Shown here in pieces: positions 17,982-27,952 of a stretch of DNA of 64,000 nt. Both the position numbers and the translations under genes were made by a program. Under the pieces are notes generated by a model. That model saw nothing but the letters and a program-made list of their open reading frames with translations, did not search any database and was not told the DNA's origin. Positions within the stretch are counted from its first letter, which is position 1; each line of letters opens with the position of its first letter. The stretch is from a virus, in IMG/VR virus record IMGVR_UViG_3300045988_011398. One strand, 5' to 3'.

Positions 17982-18289
17982 GTGAGCCAGTAGAGAGAAT
18001 AAAGGCATTGATGTGTTCTTTGCCTGAAAGAGACATTCCTTTGGGGCATAAGTTCCTAAATGAGAGAGACTTTGATTCACTGAAAGAGTTAATAGACTCA
18101 GCCATATATAAGGTGAGGAGAAGTTTGAAGAGTGATAATCCGAAAGAAGAGTACCTAAAGGTAAATCTTGAGGATTTGAGTAGATTAAAGTCTGAAGTGG
18201 ATATGTATATTGTTCAGTTGGAAATACCTGAAGATGACATATATAATGAAGGCTTTGATGATTGTGAAATTGAAGAAGAGTTTTATTGA
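17978..18289 (+). CDS. Hypothetical acidic protein
   Basis: 103-aa ORF with ATGA coupling. Confidence 0.4.
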   Translation: MSEPVERIKALMCSLPERDIPLGHKFLNERDFDSLKELIDSAIYKVRRSLKSDNPKEEYLKVNLEDLSRLKSEVDMYIVQLEIPEDDIYNEGFDDCEIEEEFY

Positions 18290-19335
18290 TGGAAAGGAAA
18301 TCATTGTATGACCTTTCTTGGCAAGTAAGTGAAGAAGAGTATAGAGCAGACCCTGCATATTCATATTCCACTATAGCCAGATTTAATAGAGAAGGATTTG
18401 ATAACTTGGATAAGTTGTATGACAAGTTGGAGACCCCATCCCTATTATTTGGCAGTATGGTAGATACACTTCTCACAGATGGTCAGGAAGAGTTTGATAA
18501 AAGATTTGAGGTTGCACAGTTTCCTGCTATCAGTGATAATCTAATCCAAGTGGCAAGAGTATTATTCAATTCATGTCATGAATCTTATAGGAGTATAGAC
18601 CTTATTCCTGATGATATTATTGCCAGTGTTGGAGAAATGTGTGGTTATTATGCTAATCCTAAGTATGCTACATACAGGGTTAAAAAGATTAAGGAGGAGT
18701 GTGCAGAGTATTATAATCTGCTGTTCCTTACTATGGATAAGACTCTTGTTAGTACTGAGGATTACCAAGCTGCACAGGATTGTGTTGATAAGCTAAGAAA
18801 TCACAAGTTCACTAAGTGGTACTTTGAGCCTGACAATCCATTCAATCATGATGTTGAAAGATTTTATCAGCTTAAATTTAAGGGAGAGTGGGAAGGCATT
18901 TCTCTAAGATGTATGGCTGATTTGATTATAGTAGACCACAAGAACAAGGTCATTATACCTTGTGATTTGAAGACTTCCAGTAAGAAAGAATGGAAGTTCC
19001 ACAAATCATTCATTGAGTGGAATTATTGGATTCAAGCCCAGTTGTATTGGTATATAATCAGGCAGAATCTTGATAAGGATGAGGTCTACAAAGACTACAA
19101 GTTACTTGATTACAGGTTTATTGTGATTAGTAGGAACAGTAGAATGCCTTTAGTGTGGATTTATTCTGACACACAAGCAATCACTGATTGTACTTATGGC
19201 TCAAAAGGTCAATATGTGTGCAGGAATTGGAGAGATATAGTGAAGGAACTTCATTATTATCTGACCCATTCTCCAGAGTATCCTATTGGTGTGACTGAGA
19301 CAAATGATATAAGAAGTTGGTTAAATCAGGAGTAA
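18286..19335 (+). CDS. PD-(D/E)XK exonuclease (RecB/Cas4/RecE-like)
   Basis: MADLIIVDHKNKVIIPCDLKTS gives the D...(D/E)xK pattern, followed by QAQLYWY (the QxxxY motif). Confidence 0.65.
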   Translation: MMERKSLYDLSWQVSEEEYRADPAYSYSTIARFNREGFDNLDKLYDKLETPSLLFGSMVDTLLTDGQEEFDKRFEVAQFPAISDNLIQVARVLFNSCHESYRSIDLIPDDIIASVGEMCGYYANPKYATYRVKKIKEECAEYYNLLFLTMDKTLVSTEDYQAAQDCVDKLRNHKFTKWYFEPDNPFNHDVERFYQLKFKGEWEGISLRCMADLIIVDHKNKVIIPCDLKTSSKKEWKFHKSFIEWNYWIQAQLYWYIIRQNLDKDEVYKDYKLLDYRFIVISRNSRMPLVWIYSDTQAITDCTYGSKGQYVCRNWRDIVKELHYYLTHSPEYPIGVTETNDIRSWLNQE

Positions 19336-19342
19336 AGCAAGT

Positions 19343-21502
19343 ATGATAGTAATTAAAAGAGACGGAACAAAAGAGAACTTTGATATTGACAAGATTCAAA
19401 GGGCTGTATATTCAGCATTCAAGGCAGTAGGTAAGCCTATGCCTGACTATCTTGTGAAGATGATTGATTCCTTGTTCTCTCAATTAGAAGGAGATGCTAT
19501 TGGTGTTGAAGAGATTCAAGACAAGATTGAGAACATTCTCATGAATGACAAGTTCTTTGATGTGGCAAAGGCATATATCCTTTACAGGGAGAAACACAAG
19601 CAGGCAAGATTCATTAGAGAGAGGATTGATTATATGGATAAGTATAGTCAGTCCAATGATAATGCAGCTACTTCATCAGAGACAGATGCTAATGCAAATG
19701 TAACTATGAAGAATGTGGCTAATCTTGAAGGAGAAGTGTATAAAACCACTAATAGAATCATTCAGAGACAGAGAATGAAGGATAAGCTAAATGAGATGTT
19801 TCCTGAGGTGGCTAAGAAGTATGAGGAAGATTTGAATCATCACATTATTTACACCCATGATGAAGCTACCACTCCTGTATTGAAACAATACTGTATGGCA
19901 GTAAGTCTATATCCTCTTATGATGGAGGGAGTAGGTAATATTGATGGCATTACACCTTCAGCACCTAATGATTTACAGTCATTCAGTGGTCAAATTACCA
20001 ATCTTGTCTTCTTATTATCCTCACAATGTAAGGGTGCAGTTGCAGTAGGTGAATACTTTATTGCACTGAATTATTATATTGTGAAAGAGTTTGGAGAGAA
20101 ATGGTATGAGAAGCTTGATGAAATTACCACTACTGCACATTGCAAAAAGCAGAGAACCATCAGAAATGCCATATATAAAGCATTCAAGCAGTTTATTTAT
20201 GGTGTAAACCAGCCTGCTGGTAATAGGTCATATCAGAGTCCATTTACCAATGTGTCTTATTATGACCACACATATTTCAATTCACTGTTTGGAGAGTTCA
20301 GCTATCCTGATGGTACTAAACCTCAATGGGAAGCTATAGATTGCCTTCAGAAGATGTTTATGAAGTTCTTCAATAAACTGAGAACCAAACAGATTCTTAC
20401 TTTCCCAGTAGAGACAATGGCTATGGTGTATGACCCAGAGACTAATGATATTATAGATAAGGATTACAAAGACTTTACTGCTGAAATGTATGCAGAAGGT
20501 CACAGTTTCTTTACCTATATATCAGATAGTGCTGACAGTCTTGCATCATGTTGTAGATTAAGGAATGAACTTGCAGAAAATACCTTTAATCCTACATCAG
20601 GTCTTACTGGTGTTATGACAGGTAGCTGTAATGTGATTACCTTGAATATCAATAGGATTGTGCAGGATTGTGATAGGGCTTATGGATTGAAGAGGAATGG
20701 AGGATGGAAAGAAAATACTTCATTTCTTAAAGATTATTTAGTAGATATTCTCCAAAGAGTCTACAAGTATCATATTGCCTTCAAGACAATGTTGTATGAC
20801 CTTGAAGATAAAGGTATGTTTGCAGCTTCAAATGGTGGATATATTCATATCAGCAAGTTGTATAGTACCATTGGTATTAATGGCTTGAATGAGGCTGCAA
20901 GGTTCTTGGGTCTTGAAGTAGGTAATAATCCTGAGTACATTGAGTTCCTGCAACTCATACTTGGAACTATCAAAGAGGAAAACAAGAAGCACTCTATTCA
21001 TGACAGGAAGAGACCATTTCTGTTCAACTCTGAGGTAGTTCCTGCTGAGGGATTAGGAGGCAAGAACTATAGATGGGATTTACAAGATGGATATGTAGTG
21101 CCTGATGATGAGAACCTGTATAACTCATACTTCTATGATGCACATGATGACACCTCAGTACTTGACAAGTTTATTCTTCATGGAAGGCAGACTTATCAAT
21201 TCACTGATGGAGGTAGTGCAGCTCACATCAATCTTGAAGACCATCTGAGTAAGGAGCAATATCTCAAGCTGATAGACTTTGCTATAGCTAATGGAACTAA
21301 CTACTTCACATTTAATATTCCTAATAGTAAGTGTGATGATTGTGGTTACATTACTAAGCATCCTATCACTGAATGTCCAAAGTGTCATAGTAAGAATATC
21401 ACTCAATATACAAGGGTAATTGGGTATCTTAGACCTATTAAGTCCTTTGGTAAGGATAGACAAATAGAAGCAAGTAAAAGAGTTTATAGTAAAAATATTT
21501 AA
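19343..21502 (+). CDS. nrdD: Anaerobic ribonucleoside-triphosphate reductase (class III)
   Basis: N-terminal ATP-cone (VIKRDGTKENFDIDKIQRAV). C-terminal Zn cluster CDDCGY...CPKCHS and glycyl-radical motif RVIGYLRP. Confidence 0.9.
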   Translation: MIVIKRDGTKENFDIDKIQRAVYSAFKAVGKPMPDYLVKMIDSLFSQLEGDAIGVEEIQDKIENILMNDKFFDVAKAYILYREKHKQARFIRERIDYMDKYSQSNDNAATSSETDANANVTMKNVANLEGEVYKTTNRIIQRQRMKDKLNEMFPEVAKKYEEDLNHHIIYTHDEATTPVLKQYCMAVSLYPLMMEGVGNIDGITPSAPNDLQSFSGQITNLVFLLSSQCKGAVAVGEYFIALNYYIVKEFGEKWYEKLDEITTTAHCKKQRTIRNAIYKAFKQFIYGVNQPAGNRSYQSPFTNVSYYDHTYFNSLFGEFSYPDGTKPQWEAIDCLQKMFMKFFNKLRTKQILTFPVETMAMVYDPETNDIIDKDYKDFTAEMYAEGHSFFTYISDSADSLASCCRLRNELAENTFNPTSGLTGVMTGSCNVITLNINRIVQDCDRAYGLKRNGGWKENTSFLKDYLVDILQRVYKYHIAFKTMLYDLEDKGMFAASNGGYIHISKLYSTIGINGLNEAARFLGLEVGNNPEYIEFLQLILGTIKEENKKHSIHDRKRPFLFNSEVVPAEGLGGKNYRWDLQDGYVVPDDENLYNSYFYDAHDDTSVLDKFILHGRQTYQFTDGGSAAHINLEDHLSKEQYLKLIDFAIANGTNYFTFNIPNSKCDDCGYITKHPITECPKCHSKNITQYTRVIGYLRPIKSFGKDRQIEASKRVYSKNI

Positions 21503-21506
21503 TAAT

Positions 21507-21767
21507 ATGGCAAAGAATGAAGTATTAGCAGCAACTGCTACATTAATGACAAGTGAAGATTACAAAGATAGGTTTAAGGCTGAATATATACAGCTTAAAA
21601 ACAGATATGAGGGACTAAAAAGAATGACTGATAATTGGGATAATGGTACTCTTAGTTTCACTCCTACCTGTCCGAGGGCTACATATAATTTTCAGTTGAG
21701 AGCTATGAAGGAGTACCTTGATATTCTTGAGGTAAGAGCTAAGATAGAAGGAATTAATTTAGAGTAG
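21507..21767 (+). CDS. Hypothetical protein
   Basis: 86-aa ORF between nrdD and nrdG. Confidence 0.4.
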   Translation: MAKNEVLAATATLMTSEDYKDRFKAEYIQLKNRYEGLKRMTDNWDNGTLSFTPTCPRATYNFQLRAMKEYLDILEVRAKIEGINLE

Positions 21768-21769
21768 AT

Positions 21770-22252
21770 ATGCTAAAGTATGTAGATGCAAAAGTAGTCT
21801 TTGCTGAAGTTCCAGATGAGGTTACTCTTGCTGTCAATATATCAAATTGTCCATGCCATTGTAAGGGCTGTCATAGCTCTTACTTGGCAGAGGATATTGG
21901 AACTCCTCTTGACGAAGATTCTTTGGTAGAGTTACTACTCAATAATAAAGGTATTACTTGTATAGCCTTCATGGGAGGAGATTCAGACCCAGAATATATT
22001 AACTGGTTAGCTAGTATAATGCGTGACATGAACGATAGTGAACCTGGGAACTGGGCTGATGTAAAGATAGCTTGGTATAGTGGAAGGCAGGAGTTAAGTA
22101 AGGATGTAAACTTGGAGAACTTTGATTATATCAAACTTGGTCCTTATATGGAAGAGTTTGGTCCACTTAACAGTAGGACTACTAATCAAAGAATGTACAA
22201 AGTGCATGACTGTGAATTAGAGGATATAACAAGTAAATTTTGGAAGGAATGA
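21770..22252 (+). CDS. nrdG: Anaerobic RNR activating enzyme (radical SAM)
   Basis: CPCHCKGCHS gives the CxxxCxxC radical-SAM cluster. About 160 aa and adjacent to nrdD. Confidence 0.85.
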   Translation: MLKYVDAKVVFAEVPDEVTLAVNISNCPCHCKGCHSSYLAEDIGTPLDEDSLVELLLNNKGITCIAFMGGDSDPEYINWLASIMRDMNDSEPGNWADVKIAWYSGRQELSKDVNLENFDYIKLGPYMEEFGPLNSRTTNQRMYKVHDCELEDITSKFWKE

Positions 22253-22440
22253 TAAGTATGGTAACACAGGAGTACAGAGAAGGTAATTTGGCAGTAAGGG
22301 CTACTGTTGTTACCTTTCTTTGTATTCCAATATTCAAGTTCAGGAAGACTTCAACAAACAATGTGGCAGTAGGGCAACTTACTCCTATCAAAGAAGTAAC
22401 TAAAGTAAAAGGATTTATAAGACATGAAACTAAAGATTAA
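22249..22440 (+). CDS. Small hypothetical protein
   Basis: Start set to the ATG at 22249, which forms an ATGA overlap with the nrdG stop. One hydrophobic segment. Confidence 0.3.
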   Translation: MISMVTQEYREGNLAVRATVVTFLCIPIFKFRKTSTNNVAVGQLTPIKEVTKVKGFIRHETKD

Positions 22441-22957
22441 AGTAAAAGTGCTAACAGAGGGCTGTATGCCTGAAATCAATCCCTCTGGTGATTGGATTGA
22501 CCTTAGGGCTGCTGAAGATATTGAATTAAAAGCTCCCCAAGCTGGAACACTAAAGAGGAAAGTTATCAATGGAGAGGAAGTATCTTATAGGAATGTTACA
22601 TTTGATACTAAGCTGTTCAGCTTAGGTATTGCAATGGAACTGCCCAAGGGCTTTGAGGCTCAGGTACTTCCAAGAAGTAGCACTCCTAAGATGGGCATTA
22701 TACAGCCTAATTCAGAAGCTGTTATAGATAACATCTATAAAGGAAATAATGACATATGGAGATTTTGGGCTACTGCTCTAAGAGACACTACCATCCACAA
22801 GGGAGACAGAATTTGCCAATTTAGAATACAGCTTAGTCAGAAGGCTACTATGTGGCAGAAGCTGAAATGGCTGTTCAGTTCAGGAATTGAACTTGTAGAG
22901 GTAGATGACTTAGGTGATAACAACAGAGGAGGATTTGGTAGCACTGGAGTTAAGTAA
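22424..22957 (+). CDS. dut: dUTP diphosphatase (trimeric dUTPase)
   Basis: Motifs LPRSS, IDNIYKG, GDRICQ and the C-terminal RGGFGSTG. Confidence 0.85.
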   Translation: MKLKIKVKVLTEGCMPEINPSGDWIDLRAAEDIELKAPQAGTLKRKVINGEEVSYRNVTFDTKLFSLGIAMELPKGFEAQVLPRSSTPKMGIIQPNSEAVIDNIYKGNNDIWRFWATALRDTTIHKGDRICQFRIQLSQKATMWQKLKWLFSSGIELVEVDDLGDNNRGGFGSTGVK

Positions 22958-22981
22958 TAACTGAAAAAAAAAGCATGAAAC

Positions 22982-23470
22982 ATGATTTTAGAGATAATTG
23001 GTGTGGTCATCTTGGTATTGGCAGTAGCATTTATTGCCAATACCATTGATGACATAAGAAAAAGAAACAATAGCAAAATCTCCTTTAAGGAAGCTATGGA
23101 TTTGGTAGAGTTACCTGTTGTAACATTTTATAATGGTGATAAGAAACTGAACTTTCTGCTGGACACAGGGAGTAATGTGTCTTATATCAACAGCTCTATC
23201 ATTCCTCTTCTTGTCCATGAGAAGACTGATAAGGAGATGAATACTATTGGAATTGAAGGCAATAAGGTTAGTAACCAGTTCTGTAAAATGTCTGTGACAT
23301 ATAAGAATCAGGTATTTGAAGAGGAGTTCAGCATTGCTGACTTGGATGAAGCATTCAGTGTGGTAAAGCAGGAGTCTGGAGTTCAGATACATGGTATCTT
23401 GGGAAGCAAGTTCTTCGAGAGATATAAATATGTTCTTGACTTTAAGGAGCTTATAGCATATATTAAGTAA
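22982..23470 (+). CDS. Membrane-anchored retropepsin-like (clan AA) aspartic protease
   Basis: N-terminal TM helix, then FLLDTGSNVSYI (DTGS at nt 23162-23173) and a flap-like IHGILGSKFF. Confidence 0.6.
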   Translation: MILEIIGVVILVLAVAFIANTIDDIRKRNNSKISFKEAMDLVELPVVTFYNGDKKLNFLLDTGSNVSYINSSIIPLLVHEKTDKEMNTIGIEGNKVSNQFCKMSVTYKNQVFEEEFSIADLDEAFSVVKQESGVQIHGILGSKFFERYKYVLDFKELIAYIK

Positions 23471-23739
23471 TGGAGGATATTATCAAATTGCATTCAAGAG
23501 GTGGTGTTAATAATTACCTCAAGAAGATGAAGAGACCAAATGGTGAAGAGTCAAAAACTTATGTAATCAAGACAGATATGCCTACTCTCAGAATGGGGTG
23601 TGTAGAAGAGAAAAGGAAGTTTATTGACCCATCAGGAGGTCCTATGATAGTTGAAGGCTCATTACTTGAAGAAGCCAATGCAGTAGTTAAATCAATTAAC
23701 TTTATTGCTGGATATGGTCATACAATAACATTTGAATGA
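23470..23739 (+). CDS. Hypothetical protein
   Basis: 89-aa ORF with TAATG-type coupling. Confidence 0.4.
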   Translation: MEDIIKLHSRGGVNNYLKKMKRPNGEESKTYVIKTDMPTLRMGCVEEKRKFIDPSGGPMIVEGSLLEEANAVVKSINFIAGYGHTITFE

Positions 23740-26050
23740 TATGATATATTTTGTTACTGGTCAAAGAGAACTATTTGAATTTCCTGATGCCAAATATAAG
23801 TGTATCTCTGTAGAAGAGTCTCTGAAGATATTGGAGCCTCTTCGAGTTGTAGGATTAGATACTGAAACTACAGGTACAGAGATATGGCAGGGTAAGTTGC
23901 TTACCCTTCAATTAGGTAATAAGGAGAATCAAGTGGTGATAGACTGCATGACCACTGATGTCAAGCAGTATAAAGACTATCTTGAAAGTGACAGATTATT
24001 TATCATTCATAATGCAAAGTTTGATTTAAGATGGCTATATAAGGAACATATTGTGGTCAGAAATGTCTATGATACTTATTTAGCTGAAAAGATTCTATAT
24101 CTTGGTTTTCCTCCGGGCATTATCTCCCTCTCTTTGCAGGCTTGTTGTGATAGATATTTGAATGTCTTTCTTGACAAGACTGTGAGAGGGAAGATACATG
24201 TAGGAATGACTGAGGATGTCATAGTTTATGCTGCAAATGATGTAGTATATCTTGAAGATATTATGAACAGTCAATTACCAATCATCAATGCAAGAGGTCA
24301 GAGAGTTGCACTTGATATTGAGAATGAGTTTGTAAGAGTTCTTGCATATATTGAATTTTGTGGTATCAGACTTGACCCTGAGAAGTGGAGAGCTAAGATG
24401 GCTAAGGATGCAGAGAGGCTAAGAATTGCAGAGCAAAAGCTCAATGAGTGGGTAGTTGATTATGTAATGAAGAAGAATGACCCTTCTTTAATTGCAAGCA
24501 ATTATGATTCTCATAAGAAAGGCAAGCCAGCTAAACTTGCAGATAGTGTGTATGTGGTAATACCTGCACCATCACTATTCTCTGAGTTTGATACTGGACC
24601 TCAGTGTATTATTAACTGGAACAGCTCTAAGCAAGTAATCAGATTGTTTGAAGAACTTGGGTTTGACCTATTAGTCAAAGATAAGAAGACAGGCAAGATG
24701 AAAAAGTCTGTAGAGTCTAAGTACATAGAATTACAAGCTGATAAAAGTACTATTGTTCCTTTGTATCTTGAGTATTCAGCAGCCTTCAAGGTAGTAACAT
24801 CTTTTGGTCAGAACTTCCTTGATGCCATTAACCCTGTGACACATAGAATCCACCCAACATTCAATCAAATGATGGATACAGGTAGATTGTCTTGTGGTTC
24901 AGGAGGTAAAGGAAAGGGGGGTAAGACTAAAGATGATGATATTGCAGAGGAGGAAGATGAGAATAAAGATACTACAACTCAATCAAATGATAAGAGTGTC
25001 AATATTCAACAACTTCCTGCTACAGAAGAGACAAGAGCAGCCTTTATCCCTGAGAAGGGACACATGTTGATAGACTGTGATTATGGAGACCAAGAGGGTC
25101 ATGTATTTACAGAACTGTCTGGTGATAAGGAGTGGATTGATTTCTATAATGACCCTAATCAAAGAGATGGACACTCATTTGTAGCTAAGATGTGTTTTCC
25201 CAAAGACCTTGATGGTATTGAGGAAAAAGATGTCAAGAAGATGAGAAAAGACCTCAGAGATTTGGCTAAGAAAGCAAGGTTCTGCTTCAATTATAATGGG
25301 CAGGCTCCTACAATGGCTACTAATTGTAACATTCCTGTAGACTTTGCAACTGAGATTTATAACAACTATTTCAAGAGATTCTATGGTATAGCAGGTTATT
25401 TCAAAGTCCAAAAGAGGGATATGTGGAATAGAGGTTATATCTTGATTTCTAAGATAACTGGACTTAGAGCATATATCTATGACTATCCTATACTGAAAGG
25501 TATAGAGAGGAGGAAGAATGGTATGGAGGATTTCTGGGATATTTACAAAGCTGCAAGAGATAGTGGCAGAGTAATAAATGAAATCCCACCTTCAATCATG
25601 CAGGAGATAGCCAAGAGATTTGCTGAAGGAAAGCCTATTGAGGAAATAGCTGTTAGGTATTCATATAAAGTAAAGAAGGCAGGCAAAGTGGAAGAGAGAT
25701 TCATTGATATTAACAGAGAAACTGTATATGTATCAGTGATGAAACACCTTTGGAAAAGAAAGAGTGCTTCTGATAATCAATCATGCAATTATCCTTCTCA
25801 AGGAACTGCTGCTGCAATGACTAAGATTGCTGGCATTAGATACTTCAACCATCTTGTGAATGATGGGCTTATATTCAAAGTCCTTATTCCTAATGATGTT
25901 CATGATGAATATCTGATTGAGCCACCAACTGAGATTGCAGAGCAGGAAGCCAAGAAGTTAAGTGAATGTATGGAGTATGCAGCAGCAATCTTCTGCAAGA
26001 AGGTGACTATCAAAGCTGTGCCTGAAATAGCAGACCATTGGGTACATTGA
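23732..26050 (+). CDS. Family A DNA polymerase with 3'-5' exonuclease domain
   Basis: Exo I GLDTETTG, Exo II HNAKFDLRWL, Exo III YAANDVVYL. Also TGRLS...NIQQLP, motif A DCDYGDQE, motif B RDLAKKARFCFNYNG and motif C VHDEY. Confidence 0.9.
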   Translation: MNDMIYFVTGQRELFEFPDAKYKCISVEESLKILEPLRVVGLDTETTGTEIWQGKLLTLQLGNKENQVVIDCMTTDVKQYKDYLESDRLFIIHNAKFDLRWLYKEHIVVRNVYDTYLAEKILYLGFPPGIISLSLQACCDRYLNVFLDKTVRGKIHVGMTEDVIVYAANDVVYLEDIMNSQLPIINARGQRVALDIENEFVRVLAYIEFCGIRLDPEKWRAKMAKDAERLRIAEQKLNEWVVDYVMKKNDPSLIASNYDSHKKGKPAKLADSVYVVIPAPSLFSEFDTGPQCIINWNSSKQVIRLFEELGFDLLVKDKKTGKMKKSVESKYIELQADKSTIVPLYLEYSAAFKVVTSFGQNFLDAINPVTHRIHPTFNQMMDTGRLSCGSGGKGKGGKTKDDDIAEEEDENKDTTTQSNDKSVNIQQLPATEETRAAFIPEKGHMLIDCDYGDQEGHVFTELSGDKEWIDFYNDPNQRDGHSFVAKMCFPKDLDGIEEKDVKKMRKDLRDLAKKARFCFNYNGQAPTMATNCNIPVDFATEIYNNYFKRFYGIAGYFKVQKRDMWNRGYILISKITGLRAYIYDYPILKGIERRKNGMEDFWDIYKAARDSGRVINEIPPSIMQEIAKRFAEGKPIEEIAVRYSYKVKKAGKVEERFIDINRETVYVSVMKHLWKRKSASDNQSCNYPSQGTAAAMTKIAGIRYFNHLVNDGLIFKVLIPNDVHDEYLIEPPTEIAEQEAKKLSECMEYAAAIFCKKVTIKAVPEIADHWVH

Positions 26051-26051
26051 T

Positions 26052-26360
26052 ATGGAAACATGGAGAATATTAGTCTTTATAGCAATACTGGCAGTGCTTT
26101 TTATTGGAGCATGGTATGCTATAAAACTTAAAGGAGAAGAGTTAAGAGAGCAATTGTATGTATATCCTAAGAATGGTCATCATTATTTACCACTGTGGAG
26201 TTGTAGGATGAAATGTCCTACAACTGGACAGTGGTTTGATGCACTAATCTATCAGGATTATGACAGTAAACATTTGTATGTCAGAGAGAAGAAAGATTTC
26301 TTTGACAAATTTGTTAAACTCATAGATTGGAAAGATGGAGACAAGAGTGGACAATGTTAA
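26052..26360 (+). CDS. Small membrane protein
   Basis: 102 aa with an N-terminal TM helix. Confidence 0.4.
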   Translation: METWRILVFIAILAVLFIGAWYAIKLKGEELREQLYVYPKNGHHYLPLWSCRMKCPTTGQWFDALIYQDYDSKHLYVREKKDFFDKFVKLIDWKDGDKSGQC

Positions 26361-26586
26361 TCATCCTGAGCATTATACTTCCCATCCAAGTGGTGTTGAG
26401 TGTATTGAAATTACAAGGCATTATTGCTTTGCTATTGGAAATGCAATCAAGTATCTGTGGAGGGCTGGACTCAAGAAGGATGCTTCTCTCTCTGACAATC
26501 AGAAGGAAGTTGAGGACTTGAAGAAAGCTATTTGGTATATTAAGGATAGAATTAAGCAATTAGGAGGAGATGTAGAAGATGCCTAA
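26335..26586 (+). CDS. DUF3310-like phage protein
   Basis: HPEHY...GVECIE...GNAIKYLWRAG matches the DUF3310 signature as remembered. Confidence 0.55.
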   Translation: METRVDNVNHPEHYTSHPSGVECIEITRHYCFAIGNAIKYLWRAGLKKDASLSDNQKEVEDLKKAIWYIKDRIKQLGGDVEDA

Positions 26587-27046
26587 GATAATTTTGTGTA
26601 GAGGAATACAAGGTAGTGGTAAGACTACTTGGGCTAAACAATGGGTGCTTGAAGACCCTGAACATAGAGTAAGATTCAATAATGATGACATCAGAAATAT
26701 GCTTGGTAAGTATTGGGTTCCCAGTAGAGAAGGTCTTGTAAAAGACTTAAAGGATTTATTCTTGTGGAAAGCTATGTCTTATAGATTTGATATTGTTATT
26801 GACAATATGAATCTTAATCCAAAGGAGTTGGAGTACTATGAAAGAGTACTTAATGATTGGAATAATGCTAATGAATATGCTCCCACTGTGATAGGACCTA
26901 AGTATGAATTGGAAATTAAGGATTTCTTCATACCTCTTCAAGACTGTATTGAGAGAGATTCCAAAAGACCTAACCCCATAGGAGAGGAAGTTATTAAGGC
27001 TACTTATGAAAAGTACAAATCCATCTTGGAAGGAGGTGAAAAATGA
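26579..27046 (+). CDS. P-loop kinase, T4 polynucleotide kinase (Pnk) kinase-domain-like
   Basis: ILCRGIQGSGKTTWA P-loop and NNDDIR, resembling the Pnk/AAA_33 Asp-Arg motif. 155 aa with no phosphatase domain. Confidence 0.55.
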   Translation: MPKIILCRGIQGSGKTTWAKQWVLEDPEHRVRFNNDDIRNMLGKYWVPSREGLVKDLKDLFLWKAMSYRFDIVIDNMNLNPKELEYYERVLNDWNNANEYAPTVIGPKYELEIKDFFIPLQDCIERDSKRPNPIGEEVIKATYEKYKSILEGGEK

Positions 27047-27399
27047 CTAATTCAGGTAGACTAATTTATGCAAGCCCTGATAGGAGAGGTTATCATGCCT
27101 CTCCTTCTCCCAAACAAGAGTCTTGGAGAAAGAGAGTTAATCTTCTTTGGAGAATCAAAGGAATGATAATTCCTATGGATGCACCAATGACTAAGGAAGA
27201 GAAAGAGAAACTCTCACAAGCCCAGACTCTTATGAGAGAAGTAATCAAGGACTTCACAAAGAGTAGTGTTGCCCTTGGATTCAATGCAGTAAACAGGTGC
27301 TACTATTGTGGCAAGCCTGCTGTGACCATTGATGACAGAGGGCATTATGTATGTGAAGAATGTAAGAACAAATATGCGAGAGTATTGAATATGTCATAA
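27043..27399 (+). CDS. Hypothetical zinc-ribbon protein
   Basis: C-terminal CYYCG...CEEC. Confidence 0.4.
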   Translation: MTNSGRLIYASPDRRGYHASPSPKQESWRKRVNLLWRIKGMIIPMDAPMTKEEKEKLSQAQTLMREVIKDFTKSSVALGFNAVNRCYYCGKPAVTIDDRGHYVCEECKNKYARVLNMS

Positions 27400-27602
27400 T
27401 GAGACAGTACACACAGAAAGAGTTCATCAGGATAGTAGAGAAGAATGGCTTTCACTATGATAGGCATAATGGGAGCCATGCTATCTATGTCAATGATGGA
27501 GGGAGGCACATCAGCATTCCTCATAATCTTGAGTGTGTAATTGCTCGAAGACTGATAAAGGAAAATAACTTGGACATTAACTTAAAAAAAAAAGTAAAAT
27601 GA
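27399..27602 (+). CDS. hicA: HicA-family mRNA interferase toxin
   Basis: 67 aa. KEFIRIVEKNGFHYDRHNGSHAIY...ISIPHN...RRLIKE matches the HicA/YcfA dsRBD-like toxin pattern (GSH..Y). Confidence 0.75.
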   Translation: MRQYTQKEFIRIVEKNGFHYDRHNGSHAIYVNDGGRHISIPHNLECVIARRLIKENNLDINLKKKVK

Positions 27603-27952
27603 CTGAAAGTGGATATTATCCCCCCGGTGCAGAGCATAGCCCTAATGCACCTTGGAATCAAGAAGAACTCCCTGAAAGGGAGATTGAAGTAACTGTATCT
27701 GTGACACTTAGTAAGACTGTCAAGATAAAAGTGTCTGACTACACCATTACTGACTCTGGCAAGGATGAAGATGGTGATTACTTTGAGGATGTGGACTATT
27801 CTGATTGTGACCTAAAGGGGGCAGTTGAAGAGCAGATTACATTACCTCAAAATGCTTGGGATTACATAGCTCCTAAGTCAAAGAAAGAGGTACAAGCTAT
27901 CTTTGATTTGAAGGGGTGGAATGTTGATGAAATGGAAGTTATACCAGAATAA
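27599..27952 (+). CDS. Hypothetical acidic protein
   Basis: 117 aa, ATGA-coupled to hicA. N-terminal YYPPGAEHSPNAPWN motif is seen in other small phage proteins. Not recognisably HicB. Confidence 0.4.
   Translation: MTESGYYPPGAEHSPNAPWNQEELPEREIEVTVSVTLSKTVKIKVSDYTITDSGKDEDGDYFEDVDYSDCDLKGAVEEQITLPQNAWDYIAPKSKKEVQAIFDLKGWNVDEMEVIPE

Noticed and set aside
27599-27952. Downstream neighbour of hicA as a canonical HicB antitoxin.
   Set aside because: No RNase H-like N-domain pattern and no HTH/RHH C-terminus is recognisable. It is kept only as an unproven novel-antitoxin candidate.
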